A DNA stretch of 61,725 bases, filler included, from Platydemus manokwari (Eukaryota): NCBI GenBank assembly GCA_037951405.1. It is 5 parts of 5 records of this genome, joined end to end, with 100 filler letters (N's around TTAATTAATTAA, not from the genome) between each part and the next. Parts side by side here need not be neighbours in the genome. Positions count along the whole stretch, not along the records: positions 48,892 to 61,725 come from JBBMOY011946938.1; 4 more parts are not named here. One strand, 5' to 3'. Positions within the stretch are counted from its first letter, which is position 1; every line of letters begins with the position of its first letter. The notes under the pieces are model-generated. The model was not told the DNA's origin, ran no database searches, and saw only the letters and a program-made list of their open reading frames with translations. Made by a program: the position numbers and the translations under genes. Of the stretch, positions 53,401-61,725 are shown piece by piece.

Positions 53401-55644
53401 TCACTTGATAGGATCATAATATATTAATAATGAAATAAACAGCAACGATTTAAAAATAAACATCATTCAATATTTAGTTTACATATCATAACAAGTAATT
53501 AGCTCAAGTAAACAAATATTCTTAAGCGTAAATAAACAATTCATAATAAAACTCCAATCAATTTCCAAACAAAGTTAAAGATATAATAACCTAAGATCTA
53601 TAATAATAAATAAAAGAAAAAATCATCACAACATTTGATATTTCATATTTATTTTCATTAATAAACACAGTAGGGGTATTGGGGGGGATAAAATTCTGAT
53701 ATTGGCCATTTCAATCTGCTCAGCAATAAACGTTAGCAATAATATTAATTCTTATCGCTATTTTTGTATAACTTTGCTTCAAAGGCAGTCATAGATAAAT
53801 AACAGTTGTAATATTTTGAATCTCGAGTTGAGTACACTCGTTATATATGAAATTGGATTAGATTTTGTAACACCAAGCAGGAGCTTCTTATCAAGTAAAT
53901 CAATCCATTATAAGTCTTGTTCATTCTTTGGTTGGAGAACCCTAAACTGTTAAATATAAATTAACCACCGTGGAAACAATGTAGTAATATATAAAAGTAG
54001 TTCTGAATATAAAATGAGCTATTAAAAATTAAATGGCGGATATTAGGAAAATAATAAAATCTGTATTTTAAATAAATTCCAATAAATTAATTGGAATCAA
54101 ATAAACGACGATCAATAAAAATATTTTAATTATTTAATCATATTTTGCTAGGAATAAGTGAGGATTCAAATTCAACAATAGAAAATACAATTGTAATAGA
54201 GGAAATAGTATAGCAGAAATCAGCACCCAAATAAGAAATAACAAAATGGTTGAAATTGAAAATTGTAAAAGTTTCAAGGAAATAGGATAATAGGTATAGT
54301 AAGGCGGAAATTGTCAAAATGATATTAAATCGATTTGATGTTAAACTGAAATATAAATGTTATAAATTAATAATACCTATAATGCGTCCTAAATGAAACA
54401 TTTAAACAATAAATTATATATCAACTGTAAAATAATCCACTATTAACACTTACTTAAGGATAATGTACCTAGGAACGAAGTCTTATTTTATAACTAATAT
54501 CTTTACTTAAATTTAAATGAAAATGGTTTGCCTTTGCATTATTCATATCAGATAAGAAAGGTTGAACAGTTAATTGAGAAATATCGATTTTAAAATGCAA
54601 TTAACATTATAATCGATAGGGTTTTAAATTCTTTACAATAAATTAACAGCTGGTTCAAGGCTTTTTAAAAATATGAAATAAAATGTGTTTTAAAAATGAA
54701 TACAAGATATGAATGTAAACAATAATGGACAACAATTAAGAGTAAAAGTAAAATGATCAATAATGACCTGAAATCAATCAACCTAAATTAATGAAAATAT
54801 TAACAAATGAAATAAGCAATTTGATTTGAAATCGCCAAAATTTTACAATAATTAAAATTCATTGAAATTTTTCGTAAAATTTAACTGAAATGATTTGATA
54901 ATGAATGTGAGATGAGAATATGTTTAATAATGATATTTTACAAATCAATGAAATACTTTTTCATGATAACATTAAAACTATTGGATATATGTGGATTTGA
55001 ATTTTATTTGAAGACCTGATAATTGGTATTGTTTTTGGGAGTATCATATTAGCAGACAAATAATTGAATGAAGAGCTACGACTTGAGAATGTTTAATCAA
55101 TATCACTTCAACAAGAAACGATGTGAAAAACGACAATAAAATCAGAGTGAAAAAAGATTAATTGAAAAATATAAAATTATATTAAAATATACAAATAAAC
55201 ATTCTAAAATGATTTTGAAATGGTTCAGAAATACTTCAATACCGATGTATTACCCTATTTTTTCAATTCTATCTAGTAGAGTTAAAATTAGAATTAGACA
55301 TGTTAGAATGTTCTGAACCTTTCGTGTATGGAACGACTGTTATCTATTATGAATGATGTTAACAATGTAAAATTATCTAAATTATTTTCATCATTTTTTG
55401 TGTTTAATGNNNNNNNNNNNNNNNNNNNNNNNNNNNNNNNNNNNNNNNNNNNNNNNNNNNNNNNNNNNNNNNNNNNNNNNNNNNNNNNNNNNNNNNNNNN
55501 NNNNNNNNNNNNNNNNNNNNNNNNNNNNNNNNNNNNNNNNNNNNNNNNNNNNNNNNNNNNNNNNNNNNNNNNNNNNNNNNNATTTGCAATTTACCTATTT
55601 TTTTGAAATGTTTTAGTTTACATTAAAAGATTCTTTACAGTAGA

Positions 55645-56249
55645 ATGGATAGTAATATATTTATTTTTGTAAAAAAATTGGTCTTGTATTTTTGCAATCT
55701 TGTAACAATGCAATCTTGTCGTAAAACAGAAACTCGGTTTTACACAGGATTGACTGATTTATCAAAAGAAAGATTTAGAAATAAAACCGGATGGTTGAAC
55801 ATAAACGGATATATGAATAATGATTCTAAAATTTGGAAGGCAGGAGAACCTAATAGCCAAGGTGGAGAAGACTGCACTGTTTACCAGAATATCAATCTTA
55901 TGGACATTCCATGCAACCATGAGGATGAGTATGTGTGTGTAAGTAGAATGGAAAGGATAAACGAAATAAAGAATTTCAAAGTAAACGATTTCGATTTATT
56001 TAATAACGACGGAGAAATGAGTTGCTACGAAAATAAAACGGTTTCAAATTTATTGGAATGCGGACATTTGTAAAGAAATATTGAATAATTTTTGACGAAT
56101 TAACCTGAGATTGTAGATGTTTTCAAAATTCGGTTTGCCAGAACTTCTTTTTTAATGATGTCAACAATCAAATGCGTGATGTCGAAATTCACGAGACTCG
56201 AAAATGGAAGACAAGTGATAATTCGTGGGTTGAATATTACAAATATTGA
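55645..56249 (+). pseudogene. 5'-truncated tandem duplicate of the C-type lectin-PAN gene (pseudogene or chimeric variant)
   Basis: Near-identical to the downstream copy from about 55700 onward, including the intron and 3' flank to about 56460. Lacks the signal peptide and the N-terminal CTLD cysteines. Exon 2 has +1 and -10 indels. Confidence 0.7.
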
Positions 56250-56989
56250 TTTGTCTCTACTTTGTTTCAAGTGTTTGTTGTTGTAATCATTAAAACTTTG
56301 ATGATTAATTATTTGTTTAACTGCTTCGTGTATTTGTGTTAATTATTTGATTTTCTTAATTTTAAAATCATATTTCATGTTAACTAGAAATGTGATAAAG
56401 CATCTACTTATTTGTAATAAATGTTTTCCATTTCATCTTCATTCTTGAGCAAAATAGCTTTTTATTAAATGAAAAATATATTTGTTTGATTTCTTCATTG
56501 TCTTCATGAACAGTATGTTCTTGATAACCATTGATATGATTTATACAAACTGATCTAGGATTAAGTGGAGCACCTAGTAAATAATTATAAAATAAGGAAC
56601 AGAACTTCGTAAGCAACGTCATAATAAAAGTTACTGAGTTGTTCAAAATAAACAAAATTAATACATACCTGTATAGACCACAAACGCATGGATTATTTGA
56701 GCGATACAATGTGCAATATAATGATTATCCTGTTTAACAAGCATATAATAATGAATTTAAAATATCAGATAAAATAAGGGCTTATGCCACATAAGTAAAT
56801 AAAGTAATTTAACTAAAAGAATCTTACAAGGTAGTTAAAGTAACAAACACGAATATGTTTATTAAAAAGAAAACGAAAAGACCGTAAATAATACATTCAA
56901 GAAATTGGAAGAGGTACGACAATCAATAATTAATAATAGAAAAGAAACATTATGAAAACAGCCAAATCAAACTCAGAATTACATTCTAA

Positions 56990-57320
56990 ATATAAATAGA
57001 ATAACAATTCATTGACAGCAGTATCCCACCAAGATGAGAAAGCAATAGAGAAGGTGCTACGAAATAAATGAGCATCAGTTGAAAGAACAGAAAAAACAGA
57101 ATCAAAGGAATATTGAAAAACAGCTGAGTGCTAGACATGATTAAAAGAACAAGAGAGAACGCAAACGAATATAAAATACAATGTAGGTCAATGAATATTA
57201 ATAAAAAGAAAAAATAATAAAATGGAAAATAGACATGATGGTTCTTATCAAATAAAAGAAATAATTCACGTTAGTAGCTACAAGCTCAAAAATAATACCG
57301 GGAATCTTTTAAATATCGTA
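56990..57320 (+). mobile_element. Degenerate Gypsy-type integrase core/C-terminal fragment
   Basis: LTAVSHQDEKAIEKV (cf. T.Y.PQ.NG.VER) and NKMENRHDGSYQIKEIIHVSSYKLKNNTG (GPY/F motif region). Confidence 0.55.
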
Positions 57321-58911
57321 TTGATTCTTTAATTATCTTTAATTTTGTTTGGAAAAATTCAGCTCAGGTTATGTAAGCTAACTGACATTCCATTGGTCGT
57401 ACTTTATATACTGAAGTTGCTTGTCCGTTGAAATTGCTATTTACTCTAGTGATATAGTTTAGATAATATTTACTTGTTTAGTTGACTTGCTAAGTCAAGT
57501 GTTTTATGTCTGGTTTTGCTTTTCGAATGTCTTCTATCATCTAACCAACTTTGTTCACCTAAGGACGCCAGATTCTGTTAAAATATTTTTCTAAGCTTGT
57601 TTTATTTGAATACTAAGCCTTCTTCTTTTCTTCTGGTGTGCTTATCCTTGAACGGGAAAGCTTCCTTTTTATTCTTTTTACGTTTATCTTCTTGGAGGTA
57701 AGCTCTGTAATCTCACTGAAAATAAGCTCACACTAATAATTTCCTGCCGTGATCACTATGGTCTTCTTTTAGAAACCTAACCTCTTTTCTTTATTTGTGG
57801 TTGATCTGATAAAATGCTGCTACAATACAAATTATTGGCGTTCGCCACTACTGTCAGACACCCACAATAGAATCCGATTTATATGATGCCTGTAGGAGTT
57901 GACATGCGGTGCCAACTACTAGACATAATTAATAATTTCCGTCCTAGAAAATTATTTACTAATTTAATATTTTAATTCAAATAAACAAAACATAACTATG
58001 CAAATAAATATTTTCACATTACTTTTTTTGCTATTCATTTCATTTAATATTGATAAGATTTTGATAAAATTTTGATAAGATTTCCTCGAATTTTTTTACC
58101 GACTCCTATATTCATTGTTAGTAATAATAAATCTATGCAATACGTTCTTCTAAGGATTATCAAATACATTCACATAATTATAATATGCTTAGCTATTAGC
58201 ATGATGATGAAACCAACAGATGATCAAAGTAAAACTAAAAAAGAAAATAATAAATCAGAAAAAATTCCTGTCGAAGTTAACTGATTAGCCAGATAACTGA
58301 AGAAGACCGATAAAATAAAAAATTGAATTTCTTTAAATGATAAGAATAGCTAATGAAACTATGAGCAGAATCATAATTAAAGAAGAAACAAATGAACAAG
58401 ACAATATGGTCGAGAAGAGGCAGCAAGTGGTAGGTTTAACATTAACATTTCATTTCACCCAGTAATAAAATAATCTTTTCATAAAATTTTATTCTATATA
58501 ATTAAATAGTAATCCGTATTTGGTTTGGCAACAAAAATCCGATTTTTAAAATATTTCAATGAATAAAAATAACCATAAAGGATGTTATTCAATCGATACC
58601 CTTATTGTGAGAACAACAACCCTGAATAAGTAAAATAAGCCCATTGAATTAAAATAATACGCCAACATTAATAAGTAAATTACCCTCAAATAAATAGCAG
58701 CATAAATAACTTAACGATTGTTAATTTTTCAAACTGTCTGTTACAACCGCATTATTAAACCACTATGAACATCTAAGTTATTTAAACCCAGTGTTTCAAA
58801 CATTCATCTGCATAACCCATCAATCCAGTTAAATTCTGCATATCTTGCTTGGTAACATATTATTTAAAATATAATATTCTAGACAGTCAATTTATTTTTT
58901 ACCTTTTATCA

Positions 58912-59657
58912 ATGATATGGATAAAGATTTCCATTATTTTCGTTAGATTGATATATCTCGTTGATTTGAAATGTCCATTTCATTACCAATCTTGCAAAAA
59001 CTTATGCATCAATATCTCAACACCGATTAAGAAATCATTTTATAAAGCATCAGAGACGTGTTTTGCTATGGGAGGAAGATTGGCTTATGACTGTGAGGTG
59101 ATAACAATACAATCTTGTCGAAAAACCAAAACTCGGTTTTACACAGGATTGACAGATTTATCAAAAGAAAGATTTAGAAATAAAACCGGATGGTTGAACA
59201 TAAACGGATATATGAATAATGATTCTATGATTTGGAAGGCAGGAGAACCTAATAACCAAGGTGGAGAGGATTGCACTATTTACCAGAATATCAATCTTAT
59301 GGACATTCCATGCAACCATAAAGATGAGTATGTGTGTTTAAGTAGAATGGAAAGGATAAACGAAATAAAGAATTTCAAAGTACACGATTTCGATTTATTT
59401 AATAACGACAGAGAAATGGGTTGCTATGAAAATAAAACGGTTTCAAACTTATTGGAATGCGGACATTTGTAAAGAAATATTGAATAATTTTTGACGAATT
59501 AACCTGTTATTGTAGATGTTTTCAAAATTCGGTTTGCCAGAACTTCTTTTTCAATGATGTCAACAAGCAATGCGTGATGTCGAAATTCACGAGACGTTCG
59601 TTACCTCGAAAATGGAAGACAAGTGATAATTTGTGGGTTGGATATTACAAATATTGA
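58912..59657 (+). CDS. Secreted C-type lectin domain + PAN/apple domain protein, 2 exons
   Basis: Exons 58912-59468 and 59516-59657. Hydrophobic N-terminus MIWIKISIIFVRLIYLV. CTLD: CPFHY..C..ASETCFAMGGRLA..FYTGLTD..WKAGEPNNQGGEDC..LMDIPC..YVC. PAN-like: VSNLLECGHLCFQNSVCQNFFFNDVNKQCVM. Confidence 0.85.
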
Positions 59658-60239
59658 TTTGTCTCTACTGTGTTATACAAGTGTTTGTTGTTGTAATCAT
59701 TAAAACTTTGATGATTAATTATTTGTTTAACTGCTTCGCGTATTTGTGTTAATTACTAGATTATATATTATGAGTATTATAATAAAACACTGTCGAGAAA
59801 TGTGATAAAACATCTACTTGTTTGTAATAAATGTTTTTCAATTCATTTTTACTCTTGAGCAAAAGAGCTCAAAATTTCCCCGAATATTATATTTTAGTTC
59901 TAAAATAAATTGTAATAATAATAATAACAACTTGTCTTTTAGTTCTTAAAATAATCCCTATTTTCTTTGTTTTTTTAATAATTAATCAATATCTTTTAGA
60001 TTTCCTAATAATGGCAATCGGATACTGATTTTCATTTCTATATATTATATTTTTTTAGCATCACTTTCATCAAATTTATTTGTGCCTGAGTTGATATGTA
60101 GATTCAAATACTAAGCATAATCAATAATACCCTTCCTACGAAATTATTTATTAATTTAATATTTTTTTGAGGATCTGAGCCAGCTGAATTATTAACAATT
60201 ATTATGTGTGACAATTATCACCAATTGACGTGGTTTGTG

Positions 60240-60336
60240 TATAAAATCTGTAGTAATTTATAAACAGTATTGTAGTAATTTATATTTGCTTATAAAAACT
60301 TGTGGTAATTTATATTGATGTATAAATTTAGTAATT
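60240..60336. repeat. Short degenerate minisatellite (core tgtagtaatttata)
   Basis: About four imperfect copies of tgt(a/g)gtaatttata at roughly 21-30 nt spacing. Confidence 0.6.
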
Positions 60337-61725
60337 AAAATGAATATATAGCTCAGGAAATTTTATATTTTTAAGTGCAACATTTTCGGTCAATACAGCG
60401 GAACAATATGTAACGTTTTATAAATGTAAAGATGTATTTTTAGAAACATGATTTATAATTCGTTTCGTCACATTTTAATTTTCCATACATTTTAAAATTG
60501 TATCGTTTTTATCATTTTTAGTTCGATTAATTATTCATGTAAAGACCAAAAGGCAGTTAATTAAACAATATATTAATAATTATAATATTGATAATAATAT
60601 TGATAATTTATATTTATACTTGTTTTTGGCATAAAAGGAAAATAAATGAATATAAAATAAATATTCTTTATAATAAAACCTTATAGTTAAAGTTAAATAT
60701 TTAACATTAAAGGGAAATTCTCGAGGAATAAAATATTATTGTAGCGAAATAAATCATTAAAGCGTGTAGGATAAAATTCATATAAATAGAGGTTCAAAAC
60801 ACCAGAGCATGCCCATTAATTTATTGAAACCACTAGCTCGTAGTGCGTTTGCCCATAATTATACGAAGCGATTGTTATTAAATTGCTCGTCAACAGTATA
60901 TATAATTTCCCATTACCAAATATAGTAAGTTCGATTATTCTGTAAACAACTGATTTGCACCTATAGTAGTTATCGTTTATTATTCGATTATAGAGCTGTG
61001 CGCACAAAACACTCTGAAGAAAGGTAACCTGGTTTTACTCCAAGATTTGGATGTATTAACTGTCTGGAATTGTAAGCTAGTCTTGAACCAATTTTTATTA
61101 GTTGTATATTTTAGTTCTTACCTGTATTTTGTTGTTATATATTTAACAAACGTTTAGTGCTGTAGGAATTGAGTTATTGATCGAGGATTGTATGATAAAT
61201 AGGTGTAAAGTATTGAGACTGATAAAATTAGAAACCATTTGGATCATCGTTGCCAATCAATTTTATCATCATATAGTTTTGATTGCGAGGTGAAAAATAA
61301 TAACAATAAGGTCTTACATATTGTACCTTGGGCATGATTAGAACCCATTTGAGACTGATCAAGACAACGGTGATTCACAATAATCAAAAGGTTAATAATT
61401 TGAGACTGATTAAAATAAAAAACAAACAAGCCCGAAACGCATCATTTTAATTTAAATAAATATTTATTTATTATTTATTTATCTATTAATTTATTTTAAT
61501 AATTATTTTTAGTAATAATAATTTTGTTTTAGAAATTACTATTCTATTTTGGGTATTAATTTATTTATTGTTCTTAATAATTTTTGTTCTTGTATCTATT
61601 TCATTATTTTTCTCATTTAATTTTTATTAACTGAATTTAAACTATTTTTAATTGGTACTTTCCTAATTCACTCTCTTAAATGTTTTGAGATTTACTAACC
61701 TCAAAATAAAAGAGATTAACTACCC

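Noticed and set aside
55328-55616. ORFs containing long X runs
   Set aside because: Artefacts of translating through the N gap.
57400-57865. Possible minus-strand PBS (tggcgaacg) and decayed gag zinc knuckle
   Set aside because: Cys residues absent and no LTR identifiable; too degraded to call.
1-61725. CRISPR arrays, rRNA/tRNA/snRNA genes, spliced-leader gene, prokaryotic operons
   Set aside because: None recognised by eye in this eukaryotic intron-rich DNA. Small ncRNAs cannot be excluded without covariance-model searches.

Overview
AT-rich eukaryotic genomic DNA with many very short (39-60 nt) spliceosomal introns. This composition and intron profile suggest a triclad flatworm such as Schmidtea, which is an inference only. 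Genes I could reconstruct exon by exon: an SLC6 monoamine transporter of the DAT/NET type (+, about 4.57-8.22 kb); an RPP38-like L7Ae-fold RNase P/MRP subunit (+, 13.9-15.1 kb); a PPM1D/WIP1 phosphatase with a GC-AG first intron (-, 15.7-21.8 kb); a FoxQ2/FoxQD forkhead gene with a C-terminal eh1 motif (+, 36.0-37.3 kb); UQCRH (-, 40.6-40.9 kb); a synaptogyrin-like MARVEL protein (+, 42.1-43.4 kb); an aminergic GPCR of the alpha1-adrenergic/octopamine-alpha1 type (-, 46.0-48.1 kb); and a tandemly duplicated C-type lectin + PAN/apple gene (one intact copy, one 5'-truncated copy with compensating frameshifts). There are also two orphan low-complexity ORFs. Transposon debris is abundant: a frameshifted NeSL/R2-like non-LTR retrotransposon with an apparently dead Ulp1 protease domain, an internally deleted mariner with TIRs and TA TSDs, Tc1/mariner, Polinton polB and Gypsy/Ginger integrase remnants, and a dispersed ~310 bp repeat. 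Five assembly gaps interrupt the window. I found no clear wholly novel system. The best leads are the pseudo-protease retroelement, the CTLD-PAN duplication, the mosaic aminergic receptor and the clustering of neuronal/monoamine genes.
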